This document shows, piece after piece, positions 20,801 through 28,946 of a DNA stretch of 64,000 nucleotides. Every line of letters starts with the position of its first letter. Position 1 is the first letter of the stretch. Position numbers and translations under genes: made by a program. The notes below the pieces were generated by a model that saw only the letters and a list, made by a program, of their open reading frames with translations, was not told the origin of the DNA and ran no database searches. The DNA comes from an uncultured virus (IMG/VR IMGVR_UViG_3300042053_000001) (lineage: Duplodnaviria > Heunggongvirae > Uroviricota > Caudoviricetes): the IMG/VR virus record IMGVR_UViG_3300042053_000001, one strand, 5' to 3'.

Positions 20801-21005
20801 TAGAACAGACCCCCGACATGTACAGAACGTGTTTCAGAACCAAACACCTCAAAGACGGAATAACTCGTCAGGGAAAGGAAGCAGCAGTCCTATTATTAAT
20901 ATGTACATTACGACTCAAGATGCAACATCATTTTCTAAAGGTAAGGGGAGAATGTTATCTGAGATGTTGTTAGCTCTTAAAAATGCAAATCAAAGAACAA
21001 GTTAA
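17832..21005 (+). CDS. Tape measure protein (TP901-type core)
   Basis: 1057 aa, Ala/Ser-rich; LGSTTMFTASESAEGMKFLAQAGF, AEAMKYVGPVA, AGTGLR motifs. Confidence 0.95.
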   Translation: MVSLAELDVVIKTRTSVENLKKVKREAKDTASSVVSSTERMEGSFRGASRSVLSFRGVLTGVSLGFGLIQSIRTLSEFERAMHAVKAISGATGSVFTDLSNKAKFLGSTTMFTASESAEGMKFLAQAGFNAGEIISGIGPSLQLAAAGMLSLGEAADFSSNILSTFNIEASNLTFVGDILARISARSNTSVRQMAEAMKYVGPVAAALDQDLRDVAAALGVLGDSGLQSSLAGTGLRQAMLALVSPTKLAQRTLESMNVDLEKINPAANSVIDVINELGRAQITAAQSSDIFGVRASGSILILTQSRDRLKELTTEAYGASGALEEMMFVMMNNLYGVFKEFKSSLEGLVLTLGASGLTKVLMESTRALTDFVRAVSGSLDTTKEGADNVYLLVDGFKILGATIASFYIGKFVSSMAAATIGIISYTTAVIATSKSLGIAATAQAAFNLVIKSNPYVFVATTLGAVLAAYTIFSSNTRDAKEATDVFNEAMKSSKNALDSYRSSLELANIGLSPVSTDELQASSVHLDEALERQKTSILEFKEIISGLYDSFNFSDISFDDSIQSVFKDLIVSSVHTTKEAKKTRQEITLLFDAFDSGKESLDGLIYGLAELAKENSVFTGTIESTVTNLIELKKGYSEVIDQRNSLIAQKSSIEAALVGDLDAFNLDNVTDRIVLTETAFKMLGKTSQEALAMTEQAIRKANLVARSLEGFQAKASDPALVLLETNVTAIEERRDILVASLKGQKATADSILSVISSADIQIGRLRDEFDRISSSRSKASDFDRVTETLTKNITILRATEGLSREIASNLLAAGLSPSFDEESLKGKTKAIVDLTTALYNLENPVLSGQEKGIKETLESMESLSEGVADAFGDAVKSMILDGTSLQDSLSNIARSIQQLVVELLVMEPLKRGLVAAFSGPAGSGGGLFGAATSAIGSQVSSIFTAHRGGVVGNSTSFSGDSALAANFIKSSLRRAEHLSILEEGEEVLPRTDPRHVQNVFQNQTPQRRNNSSGKGSSSPIINMYITTQDATSFSKGKGRMLSEMLLALKNANQRTS

Positions 21006-21014
21006 GGAGGAAGA

Positions 21015-21605
21015 ATGAGTTTTCATGAAGTATTATTCCCTGTAGATATTTCTTACGGGGCTTCGGGAGGGCCGATGTACAGTACATCGGTTACAATGTC
21101 AGACAGTGGATTTGAACAGAGAAATATAAATTGGGCTCAGTCAAGATTAAGATGGGAAGTTGTCCACGCTATTAAGACAGATGAACAGATGAGAGAGCTA
21201 ATCGAATTTTTTAGAGCAAGAAAAGGTAAAGCTTACGGTTTCAGATTTAAAGACTGGTCAGATTATACAGCAGTAGACCAGCCAGCGTCTTTAATAACGG
21301 GAGAAACTAGAAAGTTTCAGTGTAGGAAGCAGTATGTTTCAGGTCCTAGAACGGAAGTTCGTGAGATAAAGAAGTTAGCAGATGGTACAGTAAAGGTTAA
21401 AGATGGAGCTACTGAGACAGCTAATTTCACAGTAGATAATAACACAGGAATTATCTCACTAGGTTTTACACCTGTTAATCAGGTAACGACATCATTCGAG
21501 TTTCACGTACCATGTAGATTCGATACAGACTCCATGGATTTTTCATTAGACTTCTTTAACACATCCACCTGGTCAAGCGTCCCTATTGTGGAGTTAAGGG
21601 TATGA
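21015..21605 (+). CDS. Distal tail protein, DUF2460/TIGR02217 (RcGTA g12-like)
   Basis: FHEVLFP.DISYGASGGP...SGFEQRNINWAQ...FFRARKG.AYGFRFKDWSDY...VPCRFDTD. Confidence 0.93.
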   Translation: MSFHEVLFPVDISYGASGGPMYSTSVTMSDSGFEQRNINWAQSRLRWEVVHAIKTDEQMRELIEFFRARKGKAYGFRFKDWSDYTAVDQPASLITGETRKFQCRKQYVSGPRTEVREIKKLADGTVKVKDGATETANFTVDNNTGIISLGFTPVNQVTTSFEFHVPCRFDTDSMDFSLDFFNTSTWSSVPIVELRV

Positions 21606-22501
21606 GGGATTTAGGCGCTGCCTTACTGGCACATCTCAGTCAAGAAGTGACCACAATATGTTTTTGTTGGAAGATAGTTCGTTCAGACAATACTGTTATA
21701 GGGTTTACAAACCATGATTTAGATATTGAGTTTGACGGTGTGAAGTATGAAGCTTCTACAGGATTTTCTTCTTCATCTATGAAGTCCACAGATAGTCTCT
21801 CAGTGGATGATATGGAAGCACAAGGGATACTAGGAGCATTAGATTCAGAAACGATAACAGAGCAAGATCTACAGAATGGGTTGTATGACAACGCAGATAT
21901 AGAGATATATGTTGTTAACTGGGAAGATATTTCTCAAAGGTCTTTAGAGAGATTTGGAACTATTGGAGAGGTAGAACGCTCTGGCAGATTCTTTAAGACA
22001 GAGATTAGAGGATACTCTCATGTTTTGGGTCAACCTTTTGGAAGGTTATATCAGAGAACTTGTCCTTATGTTGTAGGAGACAGTGAGTGCAGGGTTAATC
22101 TTAGTGGATCAACTTTTATAGCTTCTGGTGTGGTTAGTACAGTAGACGGGCGTTCTGTGTTCCATAGCACAGGTTTAGATATGTCTGCGTCGGGGTGGTT
22201 CACTAAAGGAGTTCTAACGTGGACATCTGGACATAATACAGGAAGAAGGATAGATGTTAGGTCACACGGATTAGAGAACACAATTTCTAGAATCCAAATT
22301 CTTTACCCAATGGGGAGAGACATTCAAGTAGGGGACTCATTTTCTATTAGTGCAGGGTGTGACAATGAGTTCAAAACTTGTAAGGAAAAGTTTAATAATG
22401 CTATTAACTTTGGAGGTTTTCCTCATATGCCTGGTAATGATTTTATAGCTTCCTACCCAAATAAAGGGGGTGGTAATGATGGTTCAAAGCTTGTTGATTA
22501 A
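21602..22501 (+). CDS. Tail hub protein, DUF2163/TIGR02218 (RcGTA g13-like)
   Basis: TTICFCWKI.R.D...GFTNHD, GCDNEFKTCKEKFNNAINFGGFPHMPG. Confidence 0.95.
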   Translation: MRDLGAALLAHLSQEVTTICFCWKIVRSDNTVIGFTNHDLDIEFDGVKYEASTGFSSSSMKSTDSLSVDDMEAQGILGALDSETITEQDLQNGLYDNADIEIYVVNWEDISQRSLERFGTIGEVERSGRFFKTEIRGYSHVLGQPFGRLYQRTCPYVVGDSECRVNLSGSTFIASGVVSTVDGRSVFHSTGLDMSASGWFTKGVLTWTSGHNTGRRIDVRSHGLENTISRIQILYPMGRDIQVGDSFSISAGCDNEFKTCKEKFNNAINFGGFPHMPGNDFIASYPNKGGGNDGSKLVD

Positions 22502-22943
22502 ACAGCTAACACCAGACACCATTATACAAGAGGTAAGGTCTTGGATAGGAACTCCTTACATCCACCAACAAAGAAAGAAACAGGTAGCTACAGATTGCAT
22601 CGGCCTTGTGTACGGAGTCTATTCTAATCTAGTAGGAGAAGTTCTAGAAGAGTCTGTTGTACCTTACTCACCTTCTTGGGCTGAAGAGGGTAACAAAGAC
22701 ATTTTAAGTACAGCATTATCTAAATATCTCGTTAGAGTTTCTTCTAGCTCTAGGAGAAAAGGTTCTATTGTAGTATTTTCCTTTAAAGAAAACACTGCCA
22801 TGAAGCATGTAGCTTTTTTAAGTGGTGATGGTTGTATGATTCATGCATACGGAACACACCCAGTCCATGAGACTACACTTTCCCCTTGGTGGGAGAGTAG
22901 AATTCGTCAGGTTTACGAGCTACCTAACATGGAAGAGGTTTAA
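22470..22943 (+). CDS. NlpC/P60 tail peptidase (RcGTA g14-like)
   Basis: RSWIGTPYIHQ, DCIGLV, KHVAF, MIHAY. Confidence 0.92.
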   Translation: MVMMVQSLLIKQLTPDTIIQEVRSWIGTPYIHQQRKKQVATDCIGLVYGVYSNLVGEVLEESVVPYSPSWAEEGNKDILSTALSKYLVRVSSSSRRKGSIVVFSFKENTAMKHVAFLSGDGCMIHAYGTHPVHETTLSPWWESRIRQVYELPNMEEV

Positions 22944-23899
22944 TGGCTACTTTACTATTAGCAGTTGGGGGAGCAGGTGTAGCTTCTGGACTAGGGTTAA
23001 CAGCTTCTGCTGCCGCTGGTTCTATTGCTGCATCGATGGGTGTTGCAGGTATTGGAGTTGTATCTACTATCTTAGGTTCGATTATAGATAGTTATCTTTT
23101 TCAACCTCATTCAAAACATGAAGGACCTAGATTAAACGCCCTTCAGATTCAGTCATCTACTGAAGGGTCACCTATAGTTGAAGTGTTTGGAAAAGCAAGA
23201 GTTGCAGGTCAACTTATATGGGCTACAAATTTTAGAGAAGTGTCGAAGGTAGAATCTTCTACAGTTGGGGGTAAGGGAGGTGCTGGAACAGCTGTCACTA
23301 CAACAACCTACGAGTATTATGTATCGCTAGCCTTTGCGCTATGTAGAAAGATAACGTCTTTAGATAGAATATGGGCGGATGGTAAGCTAGTAGTTAGAAA
23401 ACCTCGAAGAATCGTTGAGTCCTTTGCTCCTACTTTAGTTAAATTTGTGTCTTCTAGCTCTGCTGGAAGTGGTGGAGCATACATAGAGCTAGTTACTGCT
23501 GAAATGAGAGCGGGTATACCTTCTGTTGTTGTAGGTGCGGAGTTATCTGTCACCATTCTCGAAGGGGAACGAGACAATGTGGGAATATACGTAATTACTT
23601 ATATTAGATTTTCTCAGTTTCATGTTAAACTAGGTGTAACCCCAGATCTTACAGACGCTAGAATTGTAGAAGATGTATTTATGGGTATGAGGATTCTGCA
23701 TGAAATAGCAGACTTAAACCCTCCTTCTATTTATCTAGGGTTGGACACACAGAATCCTGACTCAGTCATAACCTCTGTACAAGGTGTTGGTAATACCCCT
23801 GCATATAGAGGCGTAAGCTACGTAGTTCTTGAGGATATACCCTTAGGGAGATATGGAAATAGAATACCGAACTTTTTATTTGAGGTGGAGAATGGCTAG
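22943..23899 (+). CDS. Stand-alone paralogue of the megatron N-terminal region with an internal insertion
   Basis: HEGPRL...STEG.PI.EVFG..RVAGQLIWAT...RIWADG...PAYRGV.Y.VLED..L.RYGNRIP.F.FEV, matching the start of 24110..28156. Confidence 0.85.
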   Translation: MATLLLAVGGAGVASGLGLTASAAAGSIAASMGVAGIGVVSTILGSIIDSYLFQPHSKHEGPRLNALQIQSSTEGSPIVEVFGKARVAGQLIWATNFREVSKVESSTVGGKGGAGTAVTTTTYEYYVSLAFALCRKITSLDRIWADGKLVVRKPRRIVESFAPTLVKFVSSSSAGSGGAYIELVTAEMRAGIPSVVVGAELSVTILEGERDNVGIYVITYIRFSQFHVKLGVTPDLTDARIVEDVFMGMRILHEIADLNPPSIYLGLDTQNPDSVITSVQGVGNTPAYRGVSYVVLEDIPLGRYGNRIPNFLFEVENG

Positions 23900-24401
23900 T
23901 AAACTTTTAAGCTTGAAAGATCGTATAGATAAGTCATGTAAATTAAAACTTCTAAGAAAGAGATACGGATTATCTATCAAAGATGCTTCAAAAATGTTAG
24001 GTGTTCAAGAAATCACTTTAAAGAGGATGGAAGGTGGTGTAGAGTTTATCCCTTTTAAAGAGGAAGATCTTTCAAGTATATTTCTTGACATAAATTAGCA
24101 AGGCTTCTCATGGCAACTCTATTACTAGGTGTAGCTAGTTCCGGTCTGGCTACTGCAACAGGAGTTACGGCAGCAGCTGCTGGAGGTTCTATTGGAGCAT
24201 CGTTTGTTCAAGCAGGGATTGGAGCTGTTTCAGTTATCTTAGGAAGTTATATCGATAATCTTCTGTTTGGAGGTATTCGAGATAGAACTCATGAGGGACC
24301 AAGGCTAACCGAATTAAAAATAACAGGTTCTACAGAAGGCGCACCTATTCTTGAAGTGTTTGGGAATGTTAGAGTTGCAGGTCAACTTATATGGGCTACA
24401 A
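23198..24401 (+). repeat. 31-bp perfect direct repeat (23198-23228 and 24371-24401)
   Basis: agagttgcaggtcaacttatatgggctacaa occurs in both megatron paralogues in the same codon phase, 1173 bp apart. Confidence 0.9.
23892..24098 (+). CDS. Small XRE/Cro-type HTH protein (ATG 23892; ORF open from 23853)
   Basis: LKLLRKRYGLSIKDASKMLGVQEITLKRMEGG. Confidence 0.8.
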   Translation: MASKLLSLKDRIDKSCKLKLLRKRYGLSIKDASKMLGVQEITLKRMEGGVEFIPFKEEDLSSIFLDIN

Positions 24402-27400
24402 GACATAATCAGATAGAGACTCCAGATTTACCTATAAAAATTAAGTATACTATCTCCCTTGCTATAGCAATATGTAAGGGTCCTGTCTCAATGATAAGAA
24501 GAGTGTGGGCTGATCAACAGTTCATAGATCAGAGCGATAGTAAAGTAAGGATTTACTATGGAGACCAAACTCAAGATATAGATCCTTTAATGACTACTAT
24601 TCAAGGGTCTGGGAACGTCCCATCCTATAGAGGAGTTTGTTATATCGTTTTAGAAGACCTAGACTTACAAAGATTTGGCAACAGAATACCTATTTTTAAT
24701 TTTGAGGTTGTGAATACTTTACCTAAGACAGGTGGTTCTGTAGAAGACCTAATACAAGCTGTAACTATGATTCCAGGTTCTACAGAGCATGGATATGATC
24801 CACTTGAAGTTAAGGATGTTTCTGGGTTCCCTACCACAGAGAATGAAACATCTTCAGAACAACAGACTCGATCTGACGCACAGAGAACAGAGAAATCAGC
24901 TGGGACAGTTGTAAACATTCAAAATAAGATAGGGTACACCGATTGGAAAGCTTCACTAGATGAACTACAAAAAGTGTGTAAGAACGTAAAGTCCGTTCTA
25001 CTTGTTATAGCTTGGATGGGTTCTGATCTTAGGTTAGGAGAGTGTAAGATAAGACCTAAGATAGAGTACAAAGGTGGAAAGGTTACAAACCCTATATGGA
25101 AGGTGAATAATATAACGAGGCAAGACGCTATCCTCGTAAGCTATTTCAATGGTTCTGCTTCGTACGGATCATCCCCTTCTGATGGATCTGTTATAAGAGC
25201 TATAAAGGATTTAAAGGAAAGAGGGTTAGAAGTTATATTTTACCCTTTAATCATGATGGATATTCCGCAAGGGAGTACTTTACCTAACCCATACAGCCCA
25301 GGTCAAAATCAACCTTCATACCCTTGGAGAGGTAGGATTACATGTTTTCCTGCACCGGGTGTACCTAACTCACCAGATAAATCTAGTGCTGTTAACGCAG
25401 AAATAGATAAATTTTTCGGTACTGCTATTCCTTCAGATTTTATCTTTAGAGATGAGACAACTATTTTTAGACAAGGGGTAGTTGTAGCAGAAGAGGATGA
25501 AGAGTGGGGTTTTAACAGAATGGTTCTTCACTATGCGCACTTATGCGCAAATGCAGGTGGTGTAGATTCATTTATAATAGGGACAGAACTTAGGGGGATA
25601 ACCTCACTAAGATCAAGTACCTCTACATACCCTGCTGTAGATAAGCTTGTAGAGCTTTCTTCTCATGTGAGAACTGTAGTTGGATCTTCTACTAAGATAG
25701 GTTATTCAGCAGATTGGTCAGAGTATGCAGGTCATGACCCATATGACGGTTCAAATGATTTTGCTTTCCATTTAGATACATTATGGGCTTCTTCCAACAT
25801 AGACTTTGTAGGGATTGATAATTACTTACCTATGTCTGATTGGAGAGAGGGAAGGCAGCACTTAGATTCTAAAGCAGGGTTTAAGAGTATTTATGATATT
25901 GAATATCTTCACTCAAACATAGAAGGTGGAGAGTACTACGACTGGTATTATTCTTCTGAAGGTGCTACCGGTAATGAAGCATCTGTAGATAGAATAAATC
26001 AGAACCGTAGAGATATAACAGATGGAAGGTATAATAAACCTTGGGTTTATAGGAAGAAAGATTTTAAGAATTGGTGGTTAAACTTTCACTTTAACAGGGA
26101 GGCAGGTGCAGAAGTATCTTCACATACAGCATGGGTTCCTCAATCAAAGCCTATAGTGTTTACGGAGGCTGGTACTGCTGCGGTAGATAGGTCAACAAAC
26201 CAACCAAACGTTTTTGTTGATGATAAATCTTTTGAAAGTTTTAAACCTTACTTTTCAATGTCTCGAAGAGATGATTATATGCAGAGGCAGTTCTTGAGAT
26301 CTATACATTCGTATTGGGAACCGTCTAAAGGTAACAATCCCTCCTCGAATAGGTATAGCGGTTCTATGTTAGATAGTGATAGAATTCATATATGGACGTG
26401 GGATGCTAGGCCTTATCCAGCTTTCCCTAACAGAACAGACTATTGGTCAGATGCTAAGAACTGGTCAGAGAATCACTGGATTACAGGAAGGATGGGTTTC
26501 GTGGATTTAAAAGATTTGGTGCTAGCTATTGCATTGAGAAGCGGCGCACCTGCTTCTAGAATAGATGCTTCTTCTTTAGAAGGAACTGTCCAAGGATATG
26601 TTATCGACAGAAGAATGTCTTCTAGAGCAGCTTTAAATCAGTTAATGAGTTTATACAGGTTCTCTGCTATAGAGACAGACGGAAAGATTAAGTTCCAGCA
26701 TAGAAACCAAGCTCCGACAGTCTTTATCCCTACAGCAGATTTAATCAGAGATGTGACTGATGATGATAGCAATTTATATAATATTGCAAGATCACAAGAA
26801 ACTGATTTACCTAGGGTATTGTCTTTCAATTACATTGATACATTAGCCAACTATAGACAATCCGTAGTAGATGCTAAGAACAGAACCACTACATCTACTC
26901 GAGAGGATAGCATAAATTATTCCATAGGCTTGAACACAGCTCAAGCTCAAGGCATTGTAGAAAGCTTACTTTCAGAGGTATGGGCTGGAAGAGAGAAGTT
27001 AGATTTCACTCTTCCAATGAAGTACTGGTATTTAGAGCCTGGGGATGTCATTACCTTTTCTCTAGCCGGTTTCGTATCTACGTTTAGGATTATAACGGTT
27101 ATCAAGGAGTTTGCGATTCAGGTTGAGTGTATAAGGATGGATGAGAGTTCGTTCACAGTTATACCAGGTACAGATAGAGACCCCATTAAGGAGATTATTG
27201 CTATTTCTTCTCCTGTAAAGCTCTACATTCTTGAACTTCCTTTAAAGGAAGATACAGCAAACCCTTCATACCCTTTTGCAGCAAGTGCAGGAGCACCTTG
27301 GTCAGGTGCTTCTATCTACAGCTCAGCTACAACGACTAACTACACTCTCAATATATCTATTCCTAATAGAACTGTGTTAGGAAACACTAGATCAGTTCTT

Positions 27401-28156
27401 AAAGGTTCACAATCCATCTTTCTGCAAACAGATGAAGAGTTGTTATTAGATTTAAACTTCGGAAATTTACAATCTATCTCAAAGGCAGATTTACTTAACG
27501 GAGGAAATTTATGTGCTATAGAAACTTCAACGGATGTTTGGGAGGTTCTACAGTTTATGACTGCTGAGGCAACAGGTGTGAATCAGTGGAAGATATCTAA
27601 ATTCCTTAGGGGTAGAGGTGGTACAGAACATGCGATAGCAGCCACACTCGCTATAGGAGCTAAATTTGTGCTATTAGATAGTTCAACGTTAGTGAAGATA
27701 ACATCTGGTACAGGAAACATTGGGGCTGCTATTAATTATAAGTACGGTCCTTCAAACAAAGCTATAGGTTCAGACAGTTACTCTACAACAGCGTTTACAG
27801 CAAAGGGTGTAGCATTAAAGCCACTCTCTCCGGTACACCTTAAAGTAGTAAGGGATGGTAGCACTTCTGATGTAGAGATATCTTGGATAAGGAGGACTAG
27901 ATATGATGGAAGGTGGGCAAACCATGTAGATGTTCCACTGAACGAAGATAGTGAGTTATACGAAGTTACAGTTTTTAAAGGTTCTGTTTTAAAGAGAACA
28001 GAAATTATATCTACCTCTACTTATACGTACACGAGTGCTAAACAGATAGAAGATACTATTAGTTCAGGGTCTGGGTCGGCAATTAATGTAACAGTTAAGC
28101 AGATAAGTGCAATAGTAGGGAACGGTTACCCTTCGTCAATAGAGTATAGGAGTTAA
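24110..28156 (+). CDS. Tail tip megatron/host-specificity protein (GTA TIM-barrel plus Phage-tail_3; RcGTA g15-like)
   Basis: MIPGSTE, YPWRGRITC, GGVDSFIIGTELRG, GYSADWSEY, GIDNYLPMSDWR, NIEGGEYYDWYY, WTWDARPYP, SWIRRTR. Confidence 0.95.
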   Translation: MATLLLGVASSGLATATGVTAAAAGGSIGASFVQAGIGAVSVILGSYIDNLLFGGIRDRTHEGPRLTELKITGSTEGAPILEVFGNVRVAGQLIWATRHNQIETPDLPIKIKYTISLAIAICKGPVSMIRRVWADQQFIDQSDSKVRIYYGDQTQDIDPLMTTIQGSGNVPSYRGVCYIVLEDLDLQRFGNRIPIFNFEVVNTLPKTGGSVEDLIQAVTMIPGSTEHGYDPLEVKDVSGFPTTENETSSEQQTRSDAQRTEKSAGTVVNIQNKIGYTDWKASLDELQKVCKNVKSVLLVIAWMGSDLRLGECKIRPKIEYKGGKVTNPIWKVNNITRQDAILVSYFNGSASYGSSPSDGSVIRAIKDLKERGLEVIFYPLIMMDIPQGSTLPNPYSPGQNQPSYPWRGRITCFPAPGVPNSPDKSSAVNAEIDKFFGTAIPSDFIFRDETTIFRQGVVVAEEDEEWGFNRMVLHYAHLCANAGGVDSFIIGTELRGITSLRSSTSTYPAVDKLVELSSHVRTVVGSSTKIGYSADWSEYAGHDPYDGSNDFAFHLDTLWASSNIDFVGIDNYLPMSDWREGRQHLDSKAGFKSIYDIEYLHSNIEGGEYYDWYYSSEGATGNEASVDRINQNRRDITDGRYNKPWVYRKKDFKNWWLNFHFNREAGAEVSSHTAWVPQSKPIVFTEAGTAAVDRSTNQPNVFVDDKSFESFKPYFSMSRRDDYMQRQFLRSIHSYWEPSKGNNPSSNRYSGSMLDSDRIHIWTWDARPYPAFPNRTDYWSDAKNWSENHWITGRMGFVDLKDLVLAIALRSGAPASRIDASSLEGTVQGYVIDRRMSSRAALNQLMSLYRFSAIETDGKIKFQHRNQAPTVFIPTADLIRDVTDDDSNLYNIARSQETDLPRVLSFNYIDTLANYRQSVVDAKNRTTTSTREDSINYSIGLNTAQAQGIVESLLSEVWAGREKLDFTLPMKYWYLEPGDVITFSLAGFVSTFRIITVIKEFAIQVECIRMDESSFTVIPGTDRDPIKEIIAISSPVKLYILELPLKEDTANPSYPFAASAGAPWSGASIYSSATTTNYTLNISIPNRTVLGNTRSVLKGSQSIFLQTDEELLLDLNFGNLQSISKADLLNGGNLCAIETSTDVWEVLQFMTAEATGVNQWKISKFLRGRGGTEHAIAATLAIGAKFVLLDSSTLVKITSGTGNIGAAINYKYGPSNKAIGSDSYSTTAFTAKGVALKPLSPVHLKVVRDGSTSDVEISWIRRTRYDGRWANHVDVPLNEDSELYEVTVFKGSVLKRTEIISTSTYTYTSAKQIEDTISSGSGSAINVTVKQISAIVGNGYPSSIEYRS

Positions 28157-28158
28157 AA

Positions 28159-28911
28159 ATGCCGACAACACGATCAAAAATTCCGTATATCGTTACAAAC
28201 CAAGCTTCGAAAGAAGTAACTTTTGCTGAAGCAATGAATATTTTAGATGTAGTGGTCAATTGTAGTGCTATTAATATGTCCACTACTACCCCTCCAGCAA
28301 GTCCAGTCGATGGTGATATTTATGTAGTTGCAACCGGTGCAACGGGTATTTGGCAAACGGAGGTTAATAGTATTGCGGCTTATCAATCCGGGTGGGTTTA
28401 TATTAAACCATTTAAAGGATTAATTGTTTATAATGAATCTGATAATATTTCATACAGGTTTTCCACTCTCAACTATTCTGCTCTATCTTCGGGCGGTTCT
28501 AGCGGTGGTTCTAGTTTTACTCTCCCTAACTCCAACACTCAACAGATAGTAGAGACAGCAAGTTCTGCTTCTACTGGGTTAGGAATTCTAGAGGAAGAGT
28601 TGACCTTGACAGGAGCTTCTGTCACTTCAACAATAATGATTCCAAGTAGATCTATCGTAGAGGCTGTTTGTGTTAGAACCACTCACCACGTTACTGGTGC
28701 GGCTGCATACGACTGTGGTGTCACTGGGGAGACAACAAAGTACGGTGGTAGGTTGAGTGTGTTTGCTGACAGTGTCAATATAGGAGTCACAGGACCTACA
28801 GCTTTCTATAGTCCTACATCGATCATTCTCACCGCACAGGGAGGGTCTTTTACGGGAGGTAGAGTAAGAGTCAGTATTCACTATAAGACATACATACCTC
28901 CGCAATCATAG
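28159..28911 (+). CDS. DUF2793-domain tail fibre/tip protein
   Basis: IPYIVTNQASKEVTFAEAMNILD...PPASPVDGDIYVVA.GATG.W. Confidence 0.88.
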   Translation: MPTTRSKIPYIVTNQASKEVTFAEAMNILDVVVNCSAINMSTTTPPASPVDGDIYVVATGATGIWQTEVNSIAAYQSGWVYIKPFKGLIVYNESDNISYRFSTLNYSALSSGGSSGGSSFTLPNSNTQQIVETASSASTGLGILEEELTLTGASVTSTIMIPSRSIVEAVCVRTTHHVTGAAAYDCGVTGETTKYGGRLSVFADSVNIGVTGPTAFYSPTSIILTAQGGSFTGGRVRVSIHYKTYIPPQS

Positions 28912-28946
28912 AAGGGTAAATAAATACAGATACAAAAGGAAAAAGG

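Noticed and set aside
21015..28911. A true gene transfer agent
   Set aside because: GTA-like tail genes are linked to a non-GTA capsid and a full replication module, so this is a phage
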